A program made the position numbers and the translations under genes. Below, piece after piece: positions 1 to 9,472 of a stretch of DNA of 51,233 nucleotides. A model generated the notes under the pieces. That model ran no database searches. It had not been told where the DNA came from and saw only the letters and a program-made list of their open reading frames with translations. This stretch comes from a virus (Duplodnaviria; Caudoviricetes), in the IMG/VR virus record IMGVR_UViG_3300020045_005825, positions 1 through 51,233 of that record. One strand, 5' to 3'. Position 1 is the first letter of the stretch; each line of letters begins with the position of its first letter.

Positions 1-14
1 AGCATTTATTTGTT

Positions 15-302
15 TTGGACGGTGGATATAAAGAGTTACGTTCAATACAAGGTAGGCAAACGGCTGAAATAGACTTGCAATATAGTTTTGAGTTGGCAAA
101 AACGGGCTTAACAACATCAGTAGTAGGTAATAACTATTTAGTTAAGTTCTCAAATAAGCTATCTGAAAATAAAGGACGTGGATTTGAGAAAAAGAGAGGT
201 AAAAAAGTATTTTATGCTTCAAAACAAGAACAAAAGCAAACACAAACTTTTATAGGAAAGACAATAGTAAAAGAATTAAAAAAGGCATTCGGAAATGTTT
301 GA
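15..302 (+). CDS. putative neck/tail completion protein, probably 5'-truncated
   Basis: ORF at window edge with TTG start; basic; overlaps next gene in a virion gene run. Confidence 0.4.
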   Translation: MDGGYKELRSIQGRQTAEIDLQYSFELAKTGLTTSVVGNNYLVKFSNKLSENKGRGFEKKRGKKVFYASKQEQKQTQTFIGKTIVKELKKAFGNV

Positions 303-729
303 TATAGAACTACCATTTACAGTACAAGGAATTGCAAAGTTGCAAGATAATAAACTTATTATCGGTAATTGTGCGCCTTTTTCAGAAGTGGAGTTTAACG
401 GACACGGTGCTTATATACGTGAGACTGGATTTGAACAACTTAACAAGGGTATCCAAGTAGAGTGTGATGAATACCAATATAAGGTAACAAAAGAGTATGC
501 ATTTGTTTACTTTGACTTTGTAAATAAGTACACTTTAGATTCGGTTAAAAAGACTGTTTTAAGCCAACTAAACCAAAAGTACATAACGGTAAAAAGTATT
601 AAGTACGATTTTGAAACTGTGAAAACTGAAGAAAGTTTAAAGATAAAAGACGGGTGTTTATTAAAGATAGTATTCGATTCGATAGAAGATTTTATTAACG
701 ATTGTGATGATTTAGTATGTCAGTGTTAG
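295..729 (+). CDS. hypothetical virion protein (tail-terminator-like position)
   Basis: 144 aa, coupled to neighbours. Confidence 0.5.
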   Translation: MFDIELPFTVQGIAKLQDNKLIIGNCAPFSEVEFNGHGAYIRETGFEQLNKGIQVECDEYQYKVTKEYAFVYFDFVNKYTLDSVKKTVLSQLNQKYITVKSIKYDFETVKTEESLKIKDGCLLKIVFDSIEDFINDCDDLVCQC

Positions 730-1088
730 AGATTTTAAATATAGTGTTTGTGGCTGAAACGTCCGCTTGTTTTGGACTGCTTTATTTCCTATCAATAGAG
801 AAAGAAATGGCACTTTCATTCATTGGAAAGGTTATACTAAAAGATGTTTGGGAAAACGAAGAAATAGAAAAGCATAATTTAGAACAAGAAGATGTAATTT
901 TTGAATTAAGAGATAAAAAGCCATTAATAAAGATACCGAAATGGAAAAAGCCATTAGGCGCATGTCAAACGTGTACTATTGTTTGGGTAGGTGTATTAAC
1001 ATACATTATATATCTTTATTGCCTGCCATTGTTTATTTTAATCTCAATAGTGAGTAACGGACTTTTAATATTTAGAAAAATAGCGTAA
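717..1088 (+). CDS. membrane protein with CxxC motif
   Basis: Hydrophobic segments flanking KPLGACQTC. Confidence 0.55.
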   Translation: MSVLEILNIVFVAETSACFGLLYFLSIEKEMALSFIGKVILKDVWENEEIEKHNLEQEDVIFELRDKKPLIKIPKWKKPLGACQTCTIVWVGVLTYIIYLYCLPLFILISIVSNGLLIFRKIA

Positions 1089-1089
1089 A

Positions 1090-1656
1090 ATGAACTGCTG
1101 TAGAAATACATACGATTTAGGGTGTTTCGATTCTTGTGATACGATAACCCTACCTTTTGCCTATGAGCAAAACGGAACGCATAAACTGCAATTTGAAACA
1201 CAGTTTCGATTTAAGTATAATATAACGGGTGTATTGGGTGAGGATATCGAACTTGACTTAACGATGTTTCCTGAAAATCAGTTAATATATTGGCGGTTAA
1301 TTAATCCTGACGGTACAACGTTTACTTATGCCGTTGGTTCATCATTATACGATTGTTTCTCAATGCGAGTAGATATTTACAAAGATGCAGACTATACACC
1401 AGTGACAAATGCTACAATAAACAGATGTTGTACACCTAAAATATACGCTATTTCAGGAACGGATACCAAGACTTTTGTACTTGCGGATTGGTCGGTATTT
1501 GGAGATATTCCTACCATAGATGTGTACTATAAAGACGGTGCGAGTTATATCACTATTCCCGTACAGCCTGTGTTTGATTCAATGCCAACACCAACAACTA
1601 TTACAATAACAATAAGCGGAATACCAACTGATGTTTGGTATATAAAATTAAGCTAA
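1090..1656 (+). CDS. Cys-rich putative virion protein
   Basis: 188 aa, beta-rich, starts MNCCRNTYDLGCFDSCD; TAATG coupling to next gene. Confidence 0.6.
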   Translation: MNCCRNTYDLGCFDSCDTITLPFAYEQNGTHKLQFETQFRFKYNITGVLGEDIELDLTMFPENQLIYWRLINPDGTTFTYAVGSSLYDCFSMRVDIYKDADYTPVTNATINRCCTPKIYAISGTDTKTFVLADWSVFGDIPTIDVYYKDGASYITIPVQPVFDSMPTPTTITITISGIPTDVWYIKLS

Positions 1657-3605
1657 TGAGTTTTCTCCCAAAATACCAATGGTTAACAGAATACGTTGCA
1701 CCTGCGTGTGGAACGGGTTGTGATATTGTACAAGTAGATGCGAGTGCAGATAAGAAATTTCAGGTATCATTTACACCTACTGAAGTATTAAATCAAGACT
1801 TTGACGGTAACGATATATTGTTACCAATGGAGCAAATATGGGTAGGTTTGGGTTCTTTTGGTAGTGGTTCAGGAACGGGTTTATATTACGGTATTACCTT
1901 TGATATTGACTTAACGGCAGATAGTCACTTTATAAATTCGTTTTCGTTCTTTTATGAGGGACAACCATACTGCTATATATTTCAAGCGAGTACAGCCGTT
2001 TTATCTGATTATGAGTTAACTGAATATGGCGGGTTTAGCTTAGTGAGTTTTGAGGGTAGTGATATTTATAATAAATACATTGAAGCGTTTAACTTTTATA
2101 TGAATCAGTTTGGAATAACTGCCGTAGGTAATGGCACACCAAGTATAACGGTATATGGATTCCCTGAAAATACGCAGGTAGAAACGGGCAATATCACACC
2201 TTATAACACAATAATTACTGAGGGTGTTGGAAGTAGAACAATAAATCTAAGCAACTTTTTAGCGTATAATAATCAGGCTTGCTATTTTAATATAAGTAGC
2301 CTTAGTGATGCAATAGGTGGGACTTGTACACCTGCTATATTCACAGAAGCAATTACCGTACCCGCAAACAAACGAATGATTTTTACAGTAAACTATACAA
2401 ATAATTTTGCGTTTACTGATATAGATATGGAGTTGAGGATTAGAGACGGTTCATTTGTTTTAATTGATACGGTTGTTGGAACGGTAGAACAAGGTACAAA
2501 TACTATAACTTTCAATTACGAAACGGGTGGTGCTTCGGCTGCTTATTACTTTGATTTTACATTATCTGATTTAGCGTGTGCGTTTAATGATGTTTACTAC
2601 GGCTTTTGTTTCAATCTAATTAAAATAGAAACAATAGCACGTTTAGATAGTATATCGGTAGAGGGTTGCACAACTGCAGACGTACCATTTACAGAGGAGT
2701 ATAACGATTATTACAACTCGCTTATCACAATGACAACAGGCTCTTTGCCTAATGGATTAATAACCACAGGTAAATGGAAACTAACTTTAACAGATGATGA
2801 AAGCAATACAGTAGAAACAATTACATACGAAACAATAGACGGTACATCATGCGTTATCAGAAACTTATTAAGATTAAAGTGGTGGAGTGATTGTGCATTT
2901 GCAAGTTTAGACTATACGGGTTTGCCTTTTGTAAACGATGTTTATGTAAAAGGGTATTCAGTAAGTCAGCCTTTAGATAACAAGGAACGGGTAATGAACG
3001 TACTTAGTACAGGGGAATTGGAAATGGTTTACAACTACTCTTTAGAGAAAGTAGAATTTACTTTAGGTATCTATACGGCTAATTTCTATAAAACCTTACA
3101 ACGTGCATTTGAACATAAGTACATAACCATAGACGGGACATACTACAAACAGGACACGGATAGTAAGTTAACAAAAAAGCCTGAGGGTGACAAGTATAGC
3201 GCAAAGATAGAACTTGCAGAAAGCGGTTCTGCGGTTATCAGTTCTAAGTGTTGCTGTGGAAGTGTTGCAGCAACAACAGAAGCATTAAATCAGATACTTT
3301 GTGGTTCGGCTTCATATAGCGGTTCAATAGAGATAACAAGCGCATCAACATTAAGCCTACAATACGCTAAAGACTATATATTTAACGGTACTACGGCAAC
3401 GTGGACGCTACCGTCTATAAGCGCATCAAAAATAGGCAGGAATAATTCAATCACTATTAAAAATCGTGGTACGGGAGCTATTACTCTAAACACATACGGC
3501 GGTGGTAATACTCTTTACACAACATTATTGGTAAACTCATTAACTATTAACGCAGGTGATTCATATTCTTTCATTCCTGACGGCACATACATAAATTTAG
3601 AATAA
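1656..3605 (+). CDS. putative tail/virion structural protein
   Basis: Likely start MSFLPKY at the TAATG overlap (1656); T/G/S/Y-rich beta content; C-terminal fibre-like domain (TWTLPS...ITIKNRGTGAITL). Confidence 0.65.
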   Translation: MSFLPKYQWLTEYVAPACGTGCDIVQVDASADKKFQVSFTPTEVLNQDFDGNDILLPMEQIWVGLGSFGSGSGTGLYYGITFDIDLTADSHFINSFSFFYEGQPYCYIFQASTAVLSDYELTEYGGFSLVSFEGSDIYNKYIEAFNFYMNQFGITAVGNGTPSITVYGFPENTQVETGNITPYNTIITEGVGSRTINLSNFLAYNNQACYFNISSLSDAIGGTCTPAIFTEAITVPANKRMIFTVNYTNNFAFTDIDMELRIRDGSFVLIDTVVGTVEQGTNTITFNYETGGASAAYYFDFTLSDLACAFNDVYYGFCFNLIKIETIARLDSISVEGCTTADVPFTEEYNDYYNSLITMTTGSLPNGLITTGKWKLTLTDDESNTVETITYETIDGTSCVIRNLLRLKWWSDCAFASLDYTGLPFVNDVYVKGYSVSQPLDNKERVMNVLSTGELEMVYNYSLEKVEFTLGIYTANFYKTLQRAFEHKYITIDGTYYKQDTDSKLTKKPEGDKYSAKIELAESGSAVISSKCCCGSVAATTEALNQILCGSASYSGSIEITSASTLSLQYAKDYIFNGTTATWTLPSISASKIGRNNSITIKNRGTGAITLNTYGGGNTLYTTLLVNSLTINAGDSYSFIPDGTYINLE

Positions 3606-3606
3606 A

Positions 3607-5202
3607 ATGGCATACGTAACTAAAAATATAATACAGGGTACTAATGATGCTGGAACGGCAACAAATATACCTGTAACGCAAGAGGGACATATGGAAGTTG
3701 CGATACATTCTCCACGTTTGCCTTTTGGTTCTATTCACACCGAGATTTTAACTCCTATATTTCAGACAGATGCGGTATATGGTTTAAATTCAGGACTTGT
3801 AACACCTACAACATCGGGTAGTGGTGCTGCAACAGGTACAAGTAATGTATTCAGGGTTGAAACGGGTACTACTATATATTCACAGTCAGTAATTCAGGGA
3901 CGTAAAAGACTAAGATATAGAGCAGGTCAGGGAATAGTAGGTAGATTTGCAGGATTCTTTAATGGTGGTGTAGCAAATAGTTATGCTATTGCAGGATTTG
4001 GCACGGCTTCAGACGGTGTTTACTTTGGCTACGGAGATACAAATAATTTATCAAATACTTCTTTTGGTATATTGTATGTTCGTGGTGGTGTACGTGAGGT
4101 AAAAACTTTAACAGTTAGCACGGGTGCAACATCAGCAAGTAATGCAACAGTAACGCTAAACGGTACTGCATTTACAGTTCCATTAACGGCAGCATCAAAC
4201 ATACAGAGAACGGTTTACGATATTGCGAACTATGCAGGTTACACAGGGTGGCAGGCATACGAAGCGAGTTCAACAACAGTAGTATTTGTAAGAGATTCAG
4301 CAGGTACAACGGCAGGTACACAATCGTATAGTGCAGGTACAACAGGAAGTGCAGCAAGTATAGCGGTTACTAAAGCAGGTGCAGCAAGTGTTGATACTTT
4401 TATTAGTCAATCATCGTGGAACGGAGATAAATTAGACGGCACGGGTGCGAGTGGTGTTACTGCGGATTGGACTAAAGGCAATGTTTTCCAAATAGGTATT
4501 CAATATTTAGGATTTGGTACTATATCATTTTCAGTAGAGGTTGTTTCTGATAACTCAAACAATGCAGACTTTGTAAATGTACATACTATAAAACTTCCGA
4601 ATACATTAACGGCAACATCATTTACAAACCCGTCATTCCCTTTTACAATGGCTGCATATTCAGCAGGCAGCACAGCTAATGTAGGTGTTAGTATTGGTTC
4701 TTTTGCGGGGTTTATTGAGGGTGTAAAATGTCTAATGGGTAATAGGCTATCTTACTTCAATCAGCTAACAACGGTAGGTGCATCAAACTTTCAGGCACTG
4801 ATGACTATTAAAAACGGACTTTATTACGGTGGTAAAGCAAATCAGGTAGTTATAAATTTAATATCAGTTTCAGGTGCAATCAAACATACATCGCCAGTAA
4901 TATTTTATTTAATAAAGAATGGTACTTTGGCGGGTAATCCGTCATTTGCTGCATTATCTTCTATATCGGCGAGTGTTTGGGACACGGCAGCAACAACGGT
5001 TACTTATTCAACAGGGCAGCAATTATTATGGACAGGGCATTTAGGTGATACGGGTGAAATAGACCACCATTTTGGTAATGGTTCTTTTAATGCTGAGGAG
5101 TTGACCTTACAGCCGGGTGAATGGGTTACGCTTGCGGCACGTGCATCAACAGGTACACCGTCATACGTTACAGGTTCTATCAATACAAGAGAAGACCAAT
5201 AA
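3607..5202 (+). CDS. putative tail fibre/lectin-like virion protein
   Basis: 531 aa, G/T/S/A-rich; RLRYRAGQG and WNGDKLDGTGASG motifs seen in aquatic phage structural proteins. Confidence 0.6.
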   Translation: MAYVTKNIIQGTNDAGTATNIPVTQEGHMEVAIHSPRLPFGSIHTEILTPIFQTDAVYGLNSGLVTPTTSGSGAATGTSNVFRVETGTTIYSQSVIQGRKRLRYRAGQGIVGRFAGFFNGGVANSYAIAGFGTASDGVYFGYGDTNNLSNTSFGILYVRGGVREVKTLTVSTGATSASNATVTLNGTAFTVPLTAASNIQRTVYDIANYAGYTGWQAYEASSTTVVFVRDSAGTTAGTQSYSAGTTGSAASIAVTKAGAASVDTFISQSSWNGDKLDGTGASGVTADWTKGNVFQIGIQYLGFGTISFSVEVVSDNSNNADFVNVHTIKLPNTLTATSFTNPSFPFTMAAYSAGSTANVGVSIGSFAGFIEGVKCLMGNRLSYFNQLTTVGASNFQALMTIKNGLYYGGKANQVVINLISVSGAIKHTSPVIFYLIKNGTLAGNPSFAALSSISASVWDTAATTVTYSTGQQLLWTGHLGDTGEIDHHFGNGSFNAEELTLQPGEWVTLAARASTGTPSYVTGSINTREDQ

Positions 5203-5568
5203 TCAGATGTTGTTGATATGGTAGTCAATTAGATTAATGGCAAAAAGGATATTATTAATAACCTTAATCTTTGCCTCATAGTTTCTCATTATAAACATCT
5301 CAAACGTAATAGCTGAATCCGATGGATTTATACCTCCCTTAACAGGTGTAAGTAGTCCGTATTCACGTAATAGACAAAGGTCAATATAATTATCATTGAT
5401 AAGTGAATCCAATTGCTCTATTAAATTAGCACGGCAAGTCTTTAAATACATTCCGATTTTAGGGCAATAAATATCATTGATTAATCTATAACGGGACGTA
5501 CCGTATCTATTCATTTTGTGGTGTGGCAAAACAATAGACAACGTTTTAATTAAATCCTTTTGTTTCAT
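5203..5568 (-). CDS. hypothetical protein
   Basis: 121 aa filling the gap between + genes, divergent from promoter at 5608. Confidence 0.6.
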   Translation of the reverse strand: MKQKDLIKTLSIVLPHHKMNRYGTSRYRLINDIYCPKIGMYLKTCRANLIEQLDSLINDNYIDLCLLREYGLLTPVKGGINPSDSAITFEMFIMRNYEAKIKVINNILFAINLIDYHINNI

Positions 5569-5607
5569 ATTTTGTAAAATAGCAAAATTACATTATAAAG
5601 ATAGTAA

Positions 5608-5615
5608 TAAATTTG
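5608..5615 (+). promoter_or_regulatory. Bacteroidetes -7 promoter box
   Basis: TAAATTTG (TAnnTTTG) just upstream of ATG 5620. Confidence 0.55.
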
Positions 5616-5619
5616 TACA

Positions 5620-5847
5620 ATGGAGTTAAATATTCTATCAAAATTAATAAAAAGTATTAATCCTAAACTTACTTATGAATATGAATTGATTGACGGCAAA
5701 GTAGAAACCAAAACAGGCAAAGACTGGATAGGTCATATACTTTCAATCAAAAAAGACATACCAAATGAAGAGGGACTAAAATTGATAGAATACTTTAAAA
5801 CACCTGAAAAAGAAAACCACAAACCAATAAAAAATAAAAATAAATAA
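5620..5847 (+). CDS. hypothetical protein
   Basis: 75 aa after promoter box. Confidence 0.55.
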   Translation: MELNILSKLIKSINPKLTYEYELIDGKVETKTGKDWIGHILSIKKDIPNEEGLKLIEYFKTPEKENHKPIKNKNK

Positions 5848-5850
5848 ACG

Positions 5851-6477
5851 ATGGCAAATTGCAATCCATGTGGTACAGAGTTCCCAGTTGAATACTTACC
5901 ACTACTTAACTGTAAAAATCAATTAAACACAAGACAGGCGGGTATTGCACAACTTGCCTTTATTAAGTGCGACCAAACGGTAACTTCTTTAACTTCCGCT
6001 TCCGAGTGGGACACTATCAGAGGGACGGCGGGTGCGTTAATCAGGACACCAAACGGATTAGGTTCTTGGGGAAAGCCAAACACAACGGATGCACAAATCG
6101 GGTGCCGTGAGCGAGTAATAACCGAGAAGACATTAACGCTGACATTTAAGACATACAAGTACGATAACGATACTTTCGCTGATGCTGACTTTATGTGTCA
6201 ATTAAACGATTCGTTTAGTGCTTATAATGTGATTTGGTTAGGATGCGATGGCAATCTGTACTACTCAAATGCATATACAACCGGCACAAATCCGGGCTTT
6301 GAAATGGAGTTACTAACTTCATGGGACGACAATCCTGAAAATGGTTTAATGTCTAAGAATTTTGAAATTACTATCGACATGATAGAAACTTGCTACTCTA
6401 TAATCGCACCAAGTGCTGCATTAGTAGCTGCAATATTTGAGGGTACTGCGAATACTTCAGGAGGTAGTGGAGTGTAA
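5851..6477 (+). CDS. putative major tail (tube) protein, phage segment A
   Basis: 208 aa; GIAQLAFIKCD, W..I, G.G.W.KP pattern typical of Bacteroidetes phage tube proteins; followed by terminator. Confidence 0.5.
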   Translation: MANCNPCGTEFPVEYLPLLNCKNQLNTRQAGIAQLAFIKCDQTVTSLTSASEWDTIRGTAGALIRTPNGLGSWGKPNTTDAQIGCRERVITEKTLTLTFKTYKYDNDTFADADFMCQLNDSFSAYNVIWLGCDGNLYYSNAYTTGTNPGFEMELLTSWDDNPENGLMSKNFEITIDMIETCYSIIAPSAALVAAIFEGTANTSGGSGV

Positions 6478-6489
6478 TACTTCTTACTA

Positions 6490-8241
6490 ATGAACAAGAA
6501 AAAGAAACATAGCAAATACGAAGCCTCTCTCGAAAAAAAGAGAGAGGTTTTTGTTTTAAGTCAGGTGATGTTCAACGGTGCACAACCTCGTGATATTCTC
6601 GAAAAACGCAGACCGTTAGAATCTAAGGATAATTGGACTATCGAATACCGTTTAGATAACGAGTATCCTGTTCAGGTATCTTTATTCAGACGTGCTATAA
6701 ATGACTATTTGCAGGTATTAAACAAGGCAGATATTCAGATATTAACGAGTAGCAAGTCAATGCAAGACTATTTAGCTACTAAAAAGATGTTCGTTAATAA
6801 TCGGTACTATTCTATTAAAGACTGGTTGTTTAACTATATTTCGGTAGAACGTCAAAAAGACCCTAACTCAATATTAGTTCCTATTGTTGGTTGGAACTTT
6901 CCTAAACGTTTTGATAACGGATTTACAAACGATACTGAAACGATTAACGGTATTCCGAGATTTGAGACATCGAATAAAAGTCCAGATATTGAAATACTCT
7001 ATTTAGATTATGATGATGCTATTGAGACATCAGAGAACTATATGAAAGTAGAAGTCGGGGAGTGGGTGTATGGTATCAACACAGAGGGGAAAGACTTAAA
7101 AGCAGACTTCTATTTGGAAGCCGACAAAGAGAACTTTTATCTTACAATTCCAGAATTAAAACCTAATTCAGACACTATTGAATATACTCGCTATCCTTAC
7201 TATTCACATATGTTGGGGCAAACTCCATTTGTGGCAATAGGTGGGGCTTCAATGAAAGAGAAAGTAGGTGATGACTATGTAGAATATAATGTTTCTGACT
7301 ATTACGGTGCTATTGCATACGCTTGTTATATGGTGGCCACAATGTCAGATAAGCAAGTTATAGAGGCAAGGAATAACTATCCTATTAAATACAAGTTTCA
7401 GGCTAAATGTACGGCTCATGGTTGTGAAAATGGATATTGTGGATTAGGTGATGACAGAAGTAAGTGTACAACTTGTGACGGTACAGGATATCAAAAAGAC
7501 ACAAATCCTTTTGGTGATTTTGTTTATGAAATGTCGGGTTCGTTCTTAGATGATTCGAGCAAACAAATGGCACAACCGATTAACTATGTTGTACCTCCAA
7601 TTGATGCGTTAAACTACATTTCTGCAAACTTCAAAGAATACATGACTTATGTAGCAAATGAGTTATGTGTTACAATGGAACAGAATATGACAAATCAGGC
7701 AGCTGAAGCTAAGCGTTATGACCTGATGAACAAGATAACATTAGTAACGTTTATCGTTGATGACATTTTAAGAGTTTCAGAGACTATTTTAGGGTTTGTG
7801 GAGTCATTGTTAGATAGTTCAGAATCTACATTGATTATTAAAAAGCCTCAAACGTGGGACGTTAAAAACAACGAGGATATATTATTTCAGATTTCAGAGG
7901 CTAAGTCAAAAGGTTCACCAGCATTTGTGATTAAGTCTTTGGTGCGTGAGTTACTTACTTCTGAATTGAAAGAAAATAAAGACGCTAAGTTTATAGTGGA
8001 CTTCATAATGAAGAAAGATAAGCTAATTACGTTTGGAACTTCAGATTTAAAGGATGCAAGGATTATTTATGGTCAGGATATTACGCAACGTGAGCAAGTA
8101 ATACACGATAACGGATTAGATATTATATTAGAACTAATGGAGAAAGGTGCAACACCACAAACATTAGACGCTTTATTTGAGGCTGAAATAGCTAAATTTA
8201 TTACACCGACTGAAAATATAACACCTGATGTTGGATTATGA
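6490..8241 (+). CDS. putative portal protein with Zn-finger insertion, phage segment A
   Basis: 583 aa; HMLGQTPFVAIGG, NQAAEAKRYD and CxxCxGxG insert; upstream of minor head and scaffold genes. Confidence 0.65.
   Translation: MNKKKKHSKYEASLEKKREVFVLSQVMFNGAQPRDILEKRRPLESKDNWTIEYRLDNEYPVQVSLFRRAINDYLQVLNKADIQILTSSKSMQDYLATKKMFVNNRYYSIKDWLFNYISVERQKDPNSILVPIVGWNFPKRFDNGFTNDTETINGIPRFETSNKSPDIEILYLDYDDAIETSENYMKVEVGEWVYGINTEGKDLKADFYLEADKENFYLTIPELKPNSDTIEYTRYPYYSHMLGQTPFVAIGGASMKEKVGDDYVEYNVSDYYGAIAYACYMVATMSDKQVIEARNNYPIKYKFQAKCTAHGCENGYCGLGDDRSKCTTCDGTGYQKDTNPFGDFVYEMSGSFLDDSSKQMAQPINYVVPPIDALNYISANFKEYMTYVANELCVTMEQNMTNQAAEAKRYDLMNKITLVTFIVDDILRVSETILGFVESLLDSSESTLIIKKPQTWDVKNNEDILFQISEAKSKGSPAFVIKSLVRELLTSELKENKDAKFIVDFIMKKDKLITFGTSDLKDARIIYGQDITQREQVIHDNGLDIILELMEKGATPQTLDALFEAEIAKFITPTENITPDVGL
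6521..6557 (+). terminator. intrinsic terminator inside 5' end of portal ORF
   Basis: AAGCCTCTCTC/GAGAGAGGTTT stem then TTGTTTT. Confidence 0.55.
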
Positions 8242-9055
8242 TGAACTTGAAGACGGCTTACAAAAGAAGATTGAAAAAATCACTAAGGAGTTTAATAAAA
8301 AGATAAATGCCTTAATACGTGAGTTTTCGGTCGGTGGCGGTTTAGAGCCAAATAAAGACCTTGTATTCCTAAATAAAAAGATACTCAAAGAACTTAAAGA
8401 TTCAGGTATTCAGGAATTATATGAATACATGGCTGGTATCTTTGCAAAGATAGACAGTCAAAACATAGGGTACTACTCTAAGATTTCAGCAATAAAACAA
8501 GATATTAGGACTTCTGATGCCGTTAAATATGTGGCTGAAAACCTTAGAAAGAATCTTATCGGTGTTGGATTAGAAACAGGATTAGCAGAGAAGATAAGCA
8601 ATACCATAAAACCTTATGTTTTGAGTAATTCAGACTTCAGGACCACTTCGGATATACTCGAAAAAGTCCTACCAAAAGAAATACACCGTTACACTACACA
8701 AATCACTAAAGGTGCGTTTAGTATTTATGACGGCGCTATTCAGAATACCATTAAGCAAAAATACAATCCTAAACGTGGTTACTATGTTGGTTCATTGGTT
8801 GAAAGTTCACGACCTTTTTGTATTCATATGAGAGACTTTTACGGAAACAAGCCTATCACAGTTGAGCAACTTCAAAAAAGTTTAGATGAATATTGCCCTG
8901 ATGGAATACCGAGTGATAAAACCATTGAAATAGATGGAAAGAGATTAAAGAAAGGTGCAGGAATGATTGAGGGTACAACGGTTCAAAACTTCGATATATA
9001 CAAAGGCGGTGCTACAAATAACTGCAATCATACTTGGAACTGGATAATAGAATAA
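8228..9055 (+). CDS. minor head / head morphogenesis protein (Mu gpF/SPP1 gp7-like)
   Basis: YYVGSLVESSRPFC...GG..NCNHTW C-terminal motif; follows portal. Confidence 0.65.
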   Translation: MLDYDELEDGLQKKIEKITKEFNKKINALIREFSVGGGLEPNKDLVFLNKKILKELKDSGIQELYEYMAGIFAKIDSQNIGYYSKISAIKQDIRTSDAVKYVAENLRKNLIGVGLETGLAEKISNTIKPYVLSNSDFRTTSDILEKVLPKEIHRYTTQITKGAFSIYDGAIQNTIKQKYNPKRGYYVGSLVESSRPFCIHMRDFYGNKPITVEQLQKSLDEYCPDGIPSDKTIEIDGKRLKKGAGMIEGTTVQNFDIYKGGATNNCNHTWNWIIE

Positions 9056-9092
9056 TTTACAAATTAGCAAAATATAGATATTGACAAGTATC

Positions 9093-9100
9093 TAAATTTG
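9093..9100 (+). promoter_or_regulatory. Bacteroidetes -7 promoter box
   Basis: TAAATTTG just upstream of ATG 9105. Confidence 0.55.
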
Positions 9101-9104
9101 TAGT

Positions 9105-9461
9105 ATGGAAAAGAAAGCTTATTTTTTAAAATGTCTGTCAAACGGCGCAATAATTCCGATTACAGACCAAACACGGAGATACTCCGAAAACATAGTAAAG
9201 AAACGTGCAGACCACGTGCTATTAGATGAAGATTATCAGATAATCGGAAACTTAGAACTTAATCCGTCAGAGGCGGAAGTCTTTGTAGAAGAGAAACTGA
9301 AGGATTTGATAGAACGTGAAACACGATTAGAATTAAGAGAGATTGCACTCGCAGAAGCGGAACAAGAATTAAAGGCTAAAATTGCAGATATTGAAAGCAA
9401 ATCATTTGCTACTGAAGTGGTCAAAGTTGACAAAAGAAAAAAGGAATTTAAAGAAAACTAA
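9105..9461 (+). CDS. hypothetical coiled-coil protein
   Basis: 118 aa, E/K-rich C-terminus. Confidence 0.65.
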   Translation: MEKKAYFLKCLSNGAIIPITDQTRRYSENIVKKRADHVLLDEDYQIIGNLELNPSEAEVFVEEKLKDLIERETRLELREIALAEAEQELKAKIADIESKSFATEVVKVDKRKKEFKEN

Positions 9462-9472
9462 ATAAATATTTT

